A stretch of 64,000 nucleotides of DNA from a plasmid: sequence record NZ_LR134445.1; one strand, 5' to 3'. Below the pieces are notes generated by a model. The model saw nothing but the letters and a program-made list of their open reading frames with translations, ran no database searches and was not told the DNA's origin. The translations under genes were made by a program, and so were the position numbers. Positions 8,131 through 17,201 of the stretch are shown here, in pieces. Each line of letters starts with the position of its first letter. Positions within the stretch are counted from its first letter, which is position 1.

Positions 8131-10812
8131 TCAACCGAGCAGCCGGGATTGCCGCACGAGGGCGACGGATTCACCGCGCGTGGAGACGCCGAGTTTGATG
8201 TTGATGTTCTTGAGGTGCCACTTGATCGTGTTGACGGCGACGCACAGCTCGGTGGCGATCCGCGCGTTCGTGTAGCCGCGATCAACGAGTCGGAGGATCT
8301 CGATCTCCCTGGCGGACAGCTGCTTCAGGGCGGGGCTGAGGTTCCGGTTCGCGACGGCCCCGCCGGTCCGGTCGACGAGGTCGGCGAGATAGGTCGCGGG
8401 GATGGCCCCGAGGTCGAGCGCGCCCGCGTGCTCGGTGGGCGACGTCTGGACGCGATGCAGGAGCGCGACCACGTCGGCACCGGCATCGAGGAAGCTGCGG
8501 CGGAGGCCGGCGCGCGCCCCGAGTTCGAGCGCGGGTGCGATGGTGCGAATCGCCTGCTGTACTCGTCCCGCCGCGTGGAGGACGCCCGCCAGGGCGATCC
8601 GCGTCGAGGTCTCCTTGCGCGGGTTACGCACCGGGTCAGTCTTTTCCAGGGCTACCGTCAGCCCAGCCACCGCCGCGGCGTGCCGGCCCTCAGCGCTGTC
8701 CATGATCGCCGCCGCCAGCGTGCGGGCGTGCTCCAGCGCACGCGAGACACCGTCCTGCCGCCCGGTGGGCCGCGGCATGGACTGGACCAGGGCGTGCGCC
8801 CGCCCGAGGTCGCCGTCGTCGACGAGGAACCGGACCCGCTCGAGACTCAGCTCCGCGTGCAATCGCGGCAGTTCCAGGCGCACAGCGGCGTCGCTCCCCT
8901 CTGTGAGGAGGCTCAGTGCCTCGGACCGCGCGCCCCGGGCGTCCCGAATCCGGGCGCGGGTGCGGTAGCTGGCGGACATGAACTCGACCAGTCCGCCGTC
9001 CGAACCCAGGCGCGCGGCCTCCGCCGACAGCCGCTCGGCCTCGTCGACCCGATCCTGTTCGTACTGCAGCTCGGCCAGGAGCGCTGCCGCGAGTTGCGCT
9101 GCGTGCGAGTGGGCACCGGCGGAGTCTCGCGCGGTGGCGAGTGCGCTCCGGAGCAATTCCTCGGCGCGCCTCGTCTTCCACTGCGAGTACGCGGCAACAC
9201 TCGCCAGGCACCGTCCGTAGACGGCGGGGAAACGGCCGGCTGTGAGGTCGTGGAAGGTGCGTGCCCACGCCTGCAGGTCCTCCGCGCGAGCGAACTCCTC
9301 GTCGTGGATCAGCACGACGGTTCGGAGGTTCGCCGCGACCCCGATCACGAACGGGCGGTGTTCGTCCGGCGCTGCGATCGCGCCGCCGACCAGGTGGTCC
9401 ACGGCTGCGGGGCGGTCGGCGAAGACATCGATGCACGCCTGGACGACGTCCGCCTCCACCTCCCGCTGGTGACGATCACCGCCGTCGTCCGGAGCCGTGA
9501 ACGAGTATCGGAGTTGATCCAGGGCGAGTTGCGCCGCGGCCGACCTCTGGAGGAGACAATTGGCCCAGCTCACCGCCATGAGTAGACGCGGCCGATCCCC
9601 GATGGCCCCGGCGGGGAGGCGGTCGATCAGCTGTAGGACAGCTACCATCCGGCTGTCCTCGATGAGCCGCATCGCCTCCCGCTCGACGAGATCGGCCGCG
9701 TCGTCGGCCCTTCCCGCCGCCATCGCGTGGTGGACGGCCTCGCCGATCATTCCGTTCTCGGCGAACCAGTCGGACGCGCGCGCGTGGAGTTCGGCGACAC
9801 GACCAGCGTCGGTCACCGCCAGCCGGCGGCGGAGGAAGTCGGCGAAGAGATGGTGGTACCGGAACCACGTCGCGTCGTCCGCCATCCGGTCGAGGAACAG
9901 ATCCCGGCGCTCCACGTCCTCCAATCGCGCGAGGCCGTCGCGCGAGCCGGTCAACGCGTCCGCGAGTGGGCCGCACACGCGCTCGGGAAGACAGGTCGCG
10001 AGCAGGAAGTCGTGCACGTCCGGGTCGAGTGCGTCCAGCACGTTCTCCGCCAGGAAGTCGCCGACCGCCCGGTGGCCGACCGCGTCGACCGGCGCCTGCG
10101 GATCGCCGCTGCGCAGCGACAGGGCCGCGAGCTTGAGAGCCGCCACCCAGCCGTCCGTCGAACGGATGAGATCCATGGTCGACACCCCGGTATCGGCGCC
10201 GAGCCCGGTGAGGAGAGAGCGTGATTCGTCATCATCGAAACGGAGCTGGGCGCTGTCGATCTCGAGTAGCTCGTCGGTGATCAGCATCCTGCTGAGAGGC
10301 AACCCGGCACGGCTACGACTCGTCACCAACACGCGGAGACCGGAGCCGCCGTTGACGATGAGGTACTCAAGCGCCGACACCGTCTCGCGCGTGGTCACCC
10401 GGTGCCAGTCATCGATGATGAGCAGCACCGGACGGTCCGCCCGTTGCAGTCCGTTGATCAGCGACGTCAGCACGTAGTGCTCCGCGGGGATCCCGACGTC
10501 GTTCAGCATGGCCGACAGATCGCCGACGGCATCGGGCGCGACGCGGCTCACCGCTGCCACGACGTGCGCGAGGAACGACAGCACCGGCTCGTCCCCGTCG
10601 ATGGACAGCCACGCAACGGCGGCCCCGTCGGCCTGGAGGCGTTCGCGCCATTGCGCGGCGAGGGCGCTCTTCCCGAAGCCCGCCGGCGCGTGGACGAGGG
10701 TGAGCCGTACGTCGGCGTGGCGCTCCAGCGTCTGCAGGAGACGAACCCGTGCCACCAACCCGCGCGGCGGAAGCGCCGGGGTGAGGCGGGTGGTGAGTAC
10801 GGATGTGTCCAT
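8131..10812 (-). CDS. LuxR-family transcriptional regulator, large ATP-binding (LAL/MalT-like) type
   Basis: 893 aa. N-terminal P-loop (HAPAGFGKSALAAQW), central TPR-like region, C-terminal LuxR HTH (LSAREIEILRLVDRGYTNARIATELCVAVNTIKWHLKNINIKLGV). Confidence 0.85.
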   Translation of the reverse strand: MDTSVLTTRLTPALPPRGLVARVRLLQTLERHADVRLTLVHAPAGFGKSALAAQWRERLQADGAAVAWLSIDGDEPVLSFLAHVVAAVSRVAPDAVGDLSAMLNDVGIPAEHYVLTSLINGLQRADRPVLLIIDDWHRVTTRETVSALEYLIVNGGSGLRVLVTSRSRAGLPLSRMLITDELLEIDSAQLRFDDDESRSLLTGLGADTGVSTMDLIRSTDGWVAALKLAALSLRSGDPQAPVDAVGHRAVGDFLAENVLDALDPDVHDFLLATCLPERVCGPLADALTGSRDGLARLEDVERRDLFLDRMADDATWFRYHHLFADFLRRRLAVTDAGRVAELHARASDWFAENGMIGEAVHHAMAAGRADDAADLVEREAMRLIEDSRMVAVLQLIDRLPAGAIGDRPRLLMAVSWANCLLQRSAAAQLALDQLRYSFTAPDDGGDRHQREVEADVVQACIDVFADRPAAVDHLVGGAIAAPDEHRPFVIGVAANLRTVVLIHDEEFARAEDLQAWARTFHDLTAGRFPAVYGRCLASVAAYSQWKTRRAEELLRSALATARDSAGAHSHAAQLAAALLAELQYEQDRVDEAERLSAEAARLGSDGGLVEFMSASYRTRARIRDARGARSEALSLLTEGSDAAVRLELPRLHAELSLERVRFLVDDGDLGRAHALVQSMPRPTGRQDGVSRALEHARTLAAAIMDSAEGRHAAAVAGLTVALEKTDPVRNPRKETSTRIALAGVLHAAGRVQQAIRTIAPALELGARAGLRRSFLDAGADVVALLHRVQTSPTEHAGALDLGAIPATYLADLVDRTGGAVANRNLSPALKQLSAREIEILRLVDRGYTNARIATELCVAVNTIKWHLKNINIKLGVSTRGESVALVRQSRLLG

Positions 10813-10919
10813 GGGTTCGGTGGCCTCGCTCCCACTCCTGGTGCGGATGATCGGTCAGGGGCGCCGACGGTACCTGCCTCCGCCGAGGGTAGTCAGGCAC
10901 CGCGGGCGCTCGAGGAGGT

Positions 10920-11873
10920 TCACTCCCAGAGGCGCGGAGTCCAGCCGAGCCGGAATGCGGTGCGCAGATGCTCGCCCACGTCCTCCAATGCGGCGCGCCC
11001 GAAGTCGACGGCACCCGCGAGGTTCGCCGCGAAGGCGTGGATCTGCCCGTCGTACCGCTTGACCTGCGTCGGAACACCGGCGTCGCGCAGCTTCGCGGCG
11101 TACGCCTCGCCCTCGTCGCGGAGCGGGTCGTACTCCGCGGTGACCACCAGGGCGGGAGGGAGGCCGGCGTGGTCCGCGGCTCGGATCGGCGAGGCGCGCC
11201 AGTCGTCGGGGTCGGCGCGGTAGTGCTCGGAGAACCAGTCGAGCAGCGCGGTGGTGAGGAAGTAGCCCTCGCCGTTGTCGCGGGCGGAGTCGGTGTCTCG
11301 GCGGAAATCGGTCGCCGGATAGAGGAGCACCTGTCCCACCAGCTTCGGCCCGCCCTCGTCGCGGAGGGTCAATGCGGTCACTGCGGCGAGGTTGCCGCCC
11401 GCGCTGTCGCCGCCGACCGCGATCCGGTCGGGGTCGATGTTCAGCTCGGCCGCGTGCTCGGCCACCCAGCGGGTGGCGGCCACGGCGTCGTCGACGGCCG
11501 CGGGGAAGGGGGCCTCCGGCGCCTTCCGGTAGTCCACGGAGACCACCACGGCGTGGGCGCGGTTCGCGAACAGGGTGCACGGCCCGTCGACGACGTCGGG
11601 GTCGCCGATGACCCAGCCGCCCCCGTGGAAGTACACGAGCACGGGGAAGGCACCGCTCCCCTTCGGTGTGTAGATCCGGACCGGGATGTCGCCGTCGGGC
11701 CCCGCGGCGACGGTGTCCGTCACCGAGATGACTTCCTCCGCGGGGAGCCCGCACTGGGCCACGACGGCACGGTACGTCGCGCGGGCGTCGGCGACCGGCA
11801 TCTCGTCGAGGGGCGGTAGTCCGGTGTCCGCGACGGCCTGCAACCAAGCCGCGGTCTGCGTGTCGAGTGTCAT
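10920..11873 (-). CDS. alpha/beta-hydrolase esterase/lipase, hormone-sensitive-lipase family
   Basis: HGGGW oxyanion motif, GDSAGG nucleophile elbow, and a conserved DPLRDEG...HAF C-terminal region. Confidence 0.85.
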   Translation of the reverse strand: MTLDTQTAAWLQAVADTGLPPLDEMPVADARATYRAVVAQCGLPAEEVISVTDTVAAGPDGDIPVRIYTPKGSGAFPVLVYFHGGGWVIGDPDVVDGPCTLFANRAHAVVVSVDYRKAPEAPFPAAVDDAVAATRWVAEHAAELNIDPDRIAVGGDSAGGNLAAVTALTLRDEGGPKLVGQVLLYPATDFRRDTDSARDNGEGYFLTTALLDWFSEHYRADPDDWRASPIRAADHAGLPPALVVTAEYDPLRDEGEAYAAKLRDAGVPTQVKRYDGQIHAFAANLAGAVDFGRAALEDVGEHLRTAFRLGWTPRLWE

Positions 11874-11916
11874 GTCGAATCCTCTTCTCGGATGGATGGT
11901 GTGCTGAGCGGAGTGG

Positions 11917-13551
11917 TCAGTCGAAGCGGAAGCCGGCGTAGTCGGCGACTGCCTCGTCGCAGATCCGGCGGTATTCGGGGAAGCCCCCGCACCAGCTGAG
12001 CAGGCCGTTCGGCTTACCGTCGACGTTGGTGCCGGTCCACCAGGAGGCGGTGTCCGGGATGACCGTCATGTTCGAGATGGTGTCGTGCAGGGCGAGGAAT
12101 TCGTCCGCCGCGTCCTGGCGGGTGTCCACGACACGATGGCCCTCGGATTCCATGTGGGCGAGGAAATCGCCGATCCACTCGCCCTGCTGCTCGATCAGGG
12201 TCGGACCGTTGGTGAGGATCGCGGGGTTCTGCGGGCCGCAGTAGTGCAGGAACATGTTCGGGAACCCGGGCACGGTCATCCCGATGTACGTGGCGGGCCG
12301 GTCGGCCCACCGCTCCTGCAGCAGGACCCCGTTCGTGTCGCGGATGTTCATGGAGTACAGCGCACCGGTGTAGGCGTCGAAGCCCGTGGCGAAGAGGATC
12401 ACATCGACCTCGTGCTCGGTGCCGTCCGTCATGCGGATTCCGGTGGAGGTCACTTCGGCGACCGGGTTGTCCTTCATGTCCACGATCGCGACGTTGTCGC
12501 GGTTGAACGCCGCGTAGTACCCGTGCTCGATCGGCGGGCGCTTGCTGACGAACGGCGATGTCGGCGAGAGCCGCTCGGCGAGGGCGGGATCGCGCACGAC
12601 GTTCGCGATCTTCTCGCGGAGGAAGTCGAGGACGAACCCGTTCACCTCGCGGTCGGTGAGGACGTCGGCGAAGCCGGAGAAGGCCGGAGTGAGTCCGCCC
12701 TTCTCCCAGAGCCGCTCGAGCACGTCCCGTCGTTCCTCCGGCGACATCTCGGCACCGATTCCCGCGAAGTCCGGGTAGGGGAAGCCGCCGAAGTTCGCGC
12801 GGGCCTTCTCGAAGATCTCGGGATGGCTGGACTCGATCGCCTTCCAGTCCTCGGCGTCGAGTTCGTGATTGCGCCCGGGGAGGCAGTGGTACGGATTGCG
12901 GGAGAACTCGTAGACCTGGGCCGCGGTGCGGGCCACCACCGGGATGATCTGGACGGCGGTGGCTCCGTTGCCGATGACGGCGACGCGCTTGCCGGTGAAG
13001 TCGATGTCCTGCTCGGGCATCCGCGCGGTGTGGTGCCACTGGCCTTCGAACGTGTCGAGGCCGGGAAACGCGGGCATGTTCGGCGTGCTCAGCACTCCGA
13101 CGGCGGGGATGAAGTACTTGGCGGTCACCGTCCGGCCCGAATCCGTCTCGATCGTCCATCGCCCGGAGGCGGCGTCGAACTGCGCACCGGTCACCTTCGT
13201 CCCGAAAGTGATGTTCCCGCGGAGGCCCTCGCGGTCCGCGACCCACGCGAGGTAGCTCTGGATCTCCGGCTGCGACGGATACCGCTCGCTCCACTTCCAC
13301 TCGGCGAGAAGGTCCGGATTGAAGTAGTCCGAGAAGCTGTAGACGGTGCTGTCGCTGTCGGAGCGCGCGCCGGGGTAGCGGTTCCAGTGCCACGTGCCGC
13401 CCACGTCGGTGCCTGCCTCGAGGCAGCGGGCCGAGAGTCCGAGCTCACGCAGCCGCCGCAGGGTGTACAGGCCTGAGAATCCGGCGCCGACGACGACCGC
13501 ATCGACCGTCTCGATCGCCGCCGGCGTTGTCTCCTGCGCTGTGGTGGTCAT
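11917..13551 (-). CDS. Baeyer-Villiger (type I flavin-containing) monooxygenase
   Basis: FAD Rossmann motif VVGAGFSGL. BVMO fingerprint FEGQWHHTARMP. Second Rossmann motif GNGATAVQ. Start MTTTAQ is supported by GAAGGGAG. Confidence 0.85.
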   Translation of the reverse strand: MTTTAQETTPAAIETVDAVVVGAGFSGLYTLRRLRELGLSARCLEAGTDVGGTWHWNRYPGARSDSDSTVYSFSDYFNPDLLAEWKWSERYPSQPEIQSYLAWVADREGLRGNITFGTKVTGAQFDAASGRWTIETDSGRTVTAKYFIPAVGVLSTPNMPAFPGLDTFEGQWHHTARMPEQDIDFTGKRVAVIGNGATAVQIIPVVARTAAQVYEFSRNPYHCLPGRNHELDAEDWKAIESSHPEIFEKARANFGGFPYPDFAGIGAEMSPEERRDVLERLWEKGGLTPAFSGFADVLTDREVNGFVLDFLREKIANVVRDPALAERLSPTSPFVSKRPPIEHGYYAAFNRDNVAIVDMKDNPVAEVTSTGIRMTDGTEHEVDVILFATGFDAYTGALYSMNIRDTNGVLLQERWADRPATYIGMTVPGFPNMFLHYCGPQNPAILTNGPTLIEQQGEWIGDFLAHMESEGHRVVDTRQDAADEFLALHDTISNMTVIPDTASWWTGTNVDGKPNGLLSWCGGFPEYRRICDEAVADYAGFRFD

Positions 13552-13605
13552 CAGGATCTCCCTTCGTATCCGGCTCTCACTCGCCACCGGCGGCGGCTGC
13601 AGTTA

Positions 13606-13726
13606 GTGACTCCGGTCACACGAATATGGAGTTCGCGGTGCCCCACCTCCCCACCCGTTCGGGTGGTCTTCGGCGGTTCCGGCCCACCCCGCCCGGTGAG
13701 GCGGGGTGGCCCACCCGTTCGGGTGG
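13606..13726. promoter_or_regulatory. array of GC-rich hairpins in the BVMO/ADH divergent intergenic region
   Basis: GTGAC-tccg-GTCAC at 13606-13619. CCACCCGTTCGGGTGG appears twice (13651-13666 and 13711-13726), flanking CCACCCCGCC-cggtga-GGCGGGGTGG (13684-13709). Confidence 0.4.
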
Positions 13727-13793
13727 GGGCGGTCCCGGCGAGCGGCCCTACCGTGCTCGGCGAGTGATGTAGAACACAACGAAAGGGAATCTC

Positions 13794-14834
13794 ATGAAGG
13801 CGCTCAAGCTGACCGGGCCCGGCCGGATCGAACTCCAGGACGTCCCGGTGCCCGACATCGGGCCCGACGAGGTGCTCATCAAGGTCGTCGGCGCCGGGCT
13901 GTGCCATTCGGACCTGCACATCCTCCACCAGGGCGAGGAGTGGCCGTTCTTCGGCACGACGATGGGCCACGAGACGGCGGGCCTCGTCGACGCGGTGGGC
14001 GCCGACGTCCGCGACCTCGCCGTCGGAGAGCCCGTCCTGGTGCGCGCGGTGTGGTCGTGCGGCGAGTGCCGGCCCTGCACGGTCGGGCGAGAGAACGCGT
14101 GCTCGGTCAACGGCAGCCGGAACAAGTTCCCCCTGACCCCGGGGATCGGGGCCGACGGCGGCATGGCCGACTACATCAAGGCCCGGCCGGAGCATATCGA
14201 TCGGCTCGGGGCCGTCGACGTGGCGAGCGCCGCGCCGCTCGCGGACGCGGGACTGACTCCCATGCACGCGATCCGCAGCGTGCGCGATCGCCTCGACGAC
14301 GGGGCGACCGTCGTGGTGATCGGCATCGGCGGGCTCGGACACATGGCCGTGCAGATCCTGCGTGCGACCACATCGGCCCGGATCATCGCCGTGGATGTCG
14401 ATGCCGCGCGCCTCGAGGCCGCGCTGCGCAACGGCGCCGACCGCGCGATCCTCTCCGGGCCGGAAGCCGCGTCGGAGATCCTCGCGGAGAGCGACGGCTA
14501 CGGGGTCGACGCCGTCCTCGACTTCGTGGGCGCCCAGGCCACCGTCGAACTCGCGACCGGCGTGGTCGCTCCGGAGGGGGCGGTCCGCCTCGTCGGACTC
14601 GCCGGTGGTTCGTTCCCGTTCAACGCGAGCCTCGAGGGCGAGGTGCTGCCGTGGGGCGCCAACGTCCAGAGGTCGTACGGCGGAACGCCCGCCGATCAGG
14701 CCGAGGTGCTGGCACTGGTCGCGGACGGCCGGATCGCGGTGGACGTCGTGATGTATCCGCTCGCGGACGCGCAGCGCGCCTTCGACGACCTCGAGGCCGG
14801 GCGAATCACCGGGCGAGCGATTCTCGTTCCCTGA
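13794..14834 (+). CDS. zinc-dependent alcohol dehydrogenase (MDR family)
   Basis: GHETAG, the structural-Zn CGECRPC motif, NAD Rossmann GIGGLGHMAVQ. RBS GAAAGGGA. Confidence 0.9.
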   Translation: MKALKLTGPGRIELQDVPVPDIGPDEVLIKVVGAGLCHSDLHILHQGEEWPFFGTTMGHETAGLVDAVGADVRDLAVGEPVLVRAVWSCGECRPCTVGRENACSVNGSRNKFPLTPGIGADGGMADYIKARPEHIDRLGAVDVASAAPLADAGLTPMHAIRSVRDRLDDGATVVVIGIGGLGHMAVQILRATTSARIIAVDVDAARLEAALRNGADRAILSGPEAASEILAESDGYGVDAVLDFVGAQATVELATGVVAPEGAVRLVGLAGGSFPFNASLEGEVLPWGANVQRSYGGTPADQAEVLALVADGRIAVDVVMYPLADAQRAFDDLEAGRITGRAILVP

Positions 14835-14883
14835 CCCCCGGTGACCGTCTCGCGTTACCGTCGAGGGGACGACGGGAGCGGGC

Positions 14884-15261
14884 ATGGACGAGCGGGTGGA
14901 ATCGACGCAGGCGGCGCGGCAGATGCTGGGCGAGCTGTGGGACGGCAACGGGCCGCTGCTGATCCACCAGAGCGGCGGCTGCTGCGACGGCTCGTCGCCC
15001 ATGGTCTTCACCGTCGACGAGTTCCGCGTGGGCGACGCCAACGTGCGGCTCGGCACCGTCGAGCTCGGGGACGGGCGCGACGTGCCGATCTGGGTGTCGG
15101 ACGGCGAGGCGCGGGTGTGGGAGAGTAGCGTCCTCGTGCTGGACCTCGAACCCGGCCGCGCCGCCGGCTTCTCGCTCGAGGGCGCCACGGGGAAGCGCTT
15201 CGTCTCGCGGGTCCGGATCACGGGCGCCGACGATGCCGCCTGCCCGGTCCCGCAGTCCTGA
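14884..15261 (+). CDS. DUF779 domain protein
   Basis: GGCCDGSSPMVF motif. This family is typically encoded next to alcohol/aldehyde dehydrogenases in actinobacteria. Confidence 0.8.
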   Translation: MDERVESTQAARQMLGELWDGNGPLLIHQSGGCCDGSSPMVFTVDEFRVGDANVRLGTVELGDGRDVPIWVSDGEARVWESSVLVLDLEPGRAAGFSLEGATGKRFVSRVRITGADDAACPVPQS

Positions 15262-15338
15262 GCGAGCGCGACCGGAGGCGCGCGGCTACCGTCGGTCGTG
15301 AGGCGTGCGAATGACACGCCGTCGATGGAGGTGAGGCC

Positions 15339-15749
15339 GTGCCCGAGCAGTACGACATCGACAGCGAGGCATCGATCGCACGCCGGGAGGCCGGCGTGGA
15401 GGTGCTCGAGGGCATCGACGGCGCCGAGGCCAGGACGGTGATCGACGGGCTGGCCGAGGTCAACCCCGCGCTCGCACACCACATCGCGGCATGGGGGTTC
15501 GGCGACGTCTACGCCCGGCCCGGCCTGAACCCGCGCGACCGGCAGCTGGTGACGCTGGGCATTCTGACCGCGCTCGGCGGGACCGAGAACCAGCTGCGAG
15601 TGCACGTGAACACCTCGCTCAACGTGGGTATCACCCGCGAGGAGATCAACGAGGTCCTGCTGCACGCCGCCGTCTACACGGGTTTCCCTCGGGCGATCAA
15701 CGCGACGCTGGTCGCGCGGGACGTGTTCGCGGAGCGCGACGACGCCTGA
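15339..15749 (+). CDS. carboxymuconolactone decarboxylase (CMD/AhpD-like) family protein
   Basis: GTG start with GGAGGTGAGG RBS. CMD-family core LVTLGILTALGGTENQLRVHVNTSLNVGITREEINEVLLHAAVYTGFP. Confidence 0.8.
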   Translation: MPEQYDIDSEASIARREAGVEVLEGIDGAEARTVIDGLAEVNPALAHHIAAWGFGDVYARPGLNPRDRQLVTLGILTALGGTENQLRVHVNTSLNVGITREEINEVLLHAAVYTGFPRAINATLVARDVFAERDDA

Positions 15750-16407
15750 CGGTGTCGGCCAGCCGGCGGTCCCAGCGCGCCCACGACGCGGGCGGGAGGA
15801 GAGCCAGGCCCACGGCGACGCCCGCGATCCCGATCGCGAAACCGGCCGCGGTGTCGGAGAACCAGTGCACGCCCAGGTACAGGCGGCTCGCCGCGACGGC
15901 ACCGATCACCGCCGCGGGGACGACGAGCGCGAGCAGCCGCCGCCGGGCGGCCCAGCCTGCGGAGACGGCCACCGTCGTGGCCAGGAGCAGGGCGGTCGTG
16001 CCCGTGACGTGCCCCGACGGGAAGCCGTAGTCGGTCTCGTTCGCGAGGTGGTCGACGAGCGGTGGGCGCTGTCGGGCGAACGTGTATTTCAGCGCCAGGG
16101 TCGCCGCAGACGCGACCGCCGTACTCCCGAGCACGAAGACCGCGGACGCGGCGGACCGTCGCCACGCGAGGAGCGCAGCGACGAACACGCCGAGCGCGAT
16201 GGTGCCGCCCGGCGAGAAGACGTCAGTGATGAGCCGCATCGCGGTCGTGAGCGCCGTATCGCGGTGCTCGATCATCTCCTCCAGCACCTCGCCGTCGGCC
16301 TCGGTGACGGGGCGCCGGCCGACGAGCAGGCCTAGGGCGACGACGGCGCCGACGAGCGCCACCGCGGCGGCCAGGTAGTACCGGCCGCGCCGGTCGAGAG
16401 TGGGCAT
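15697..16407 (-). CDS. PAP2-family phosphatase (phosphatidic acid phosphatase type 2 fold)
   Basis: KYTFARQRPP, PSGH and SRLYLGVHWFSD motifs, six TM helices. Start taken at MPTLDRR (16405-16407). The Arg-rich N-terminal extension in the ORF track is doubtful. Confidence 0.7.
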   Translation of the reverse strand: MPTLDRRGRYYLAAAVALVGAVVALGLLVGRRPVTEADGEVLEEMIEHRDTALTTAMRLITDVFSPGGTIALGVFVAALLAWRRSAASAVFVLGSTAVASAATLALKYTFARQRPPLVDHLANETDYGFPSGHVTGTTALLLATTVAVSAGWAARRRLLALVVPAAVIGAVAASRLYLGVHWFSDTAAGFAIGIAGVAVGLALLPPASWARWDRRLADTVRRRRAPRTRPARPASR

Positions 16408-16468
16408 CCGACCAGATTGCCCGCGCGAAAGTCGTTCGCGCAACCCAAGACCGGGTAAAGCGCACCTC

Positions 16469-17200
16469 ATGACCAGGGGTGTCGGGGGTAGCGTGGGCGG
16501 GGTGAGGAAGCGACTGAGGCGGGCGCGCGCGGCGCGGCTGCAGCGCGACACCCTGTACGCGGACGTCTCCGAGTGGCAGCCGCCGCTGCCCGAGAAGTAC
16601 CCCTACCGGTGGGTCGCGATCCGCTCCAACGACGGCACCTACCGTGACCGCCGTTTCGCCGCCAATTGGGACACGGTGCGGCGGATGCTCGACGACGGCC
16701 GGCTGGTCGGCGCCATCGTCTACGCCGTGGTCCGTCCCAACTGGGAGGAGACCCTCGCGGTCCACCTGGAGATGCAGGGCGAGGACCGGCCCGACGTGGT
16801 GACCATGGCCGACGCCGAGTCCTGGGGCGGGCAGATCGTCGGCGACCATTCCGACGCCTTCAACCGCTTCACGTGGGGCGCCTCCGACTGGCGCGGCGGC
16901 GGCGCCGACCCGCGGCCCACCCGCTGCATCGGCTACCTCAACCCCAACGACATCGGCATCTGGCCGACGCTGCCCGACATGCCCTTCGTCGTGCCGTCCT
17001 ACGGCGCGCTACCCGAGTTCTCCCGGGCACCGGAACTGGGGCGGCGCTTCGCGATCCACCAGTACACCGACGGCAGCGGTTACGGCGGCGGGCTGCCCGA
17101 GGGCTACGGCCGCGTGCGGTGTGACATGAACGCCGCCAACGGCCTCGACCCGTGGCAGCTCGGCGATCTGCTCGGCACCACCACGATCCCGGTGGACTGA
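16469..17200 (+). CDS. GH25-like muramidase (lysozyme family 25) with no signal peptide
   Basis: N-terminal DVSEWQ catalytic motif, then W.VAIRSNDG and F..NW...R....GRLVGAIVYA blocks typical of GH25. Start MTRGVGG. An alternative ATG exists at 16400. Confidence 0.5.
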   Translation: MTRGVGGSVGGVRKRLRRARAARLQRDTLYADVSEWQPPLPEKYPYRWVAIRSNDGTYRDRRFAANWDTVRRMLDDGRLVGAIVYAVVRPNWEETLAVHLEMQGEDRPDVVTMADAESWGGQIVGDHSDAFNRFTWGASDWRGGGADPRPTRCIGYLNPNDIGIWPTLPDMPFVVPSYGALPEFSRAPELGRRFAIHQYTDGSGYGGGLPEGYGRVRCDMNAANGLDPWQLGDLLGTTTIPVD

Positions 17201-17201
17201 G

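Noticed and set aside
8149-9585. 478-aa plus-strand ORF
   Set aside because: It is fully antisense to the LuxR/LAL regulator, which has clear Walker A and HTH motifs. It has no motifs of its own.
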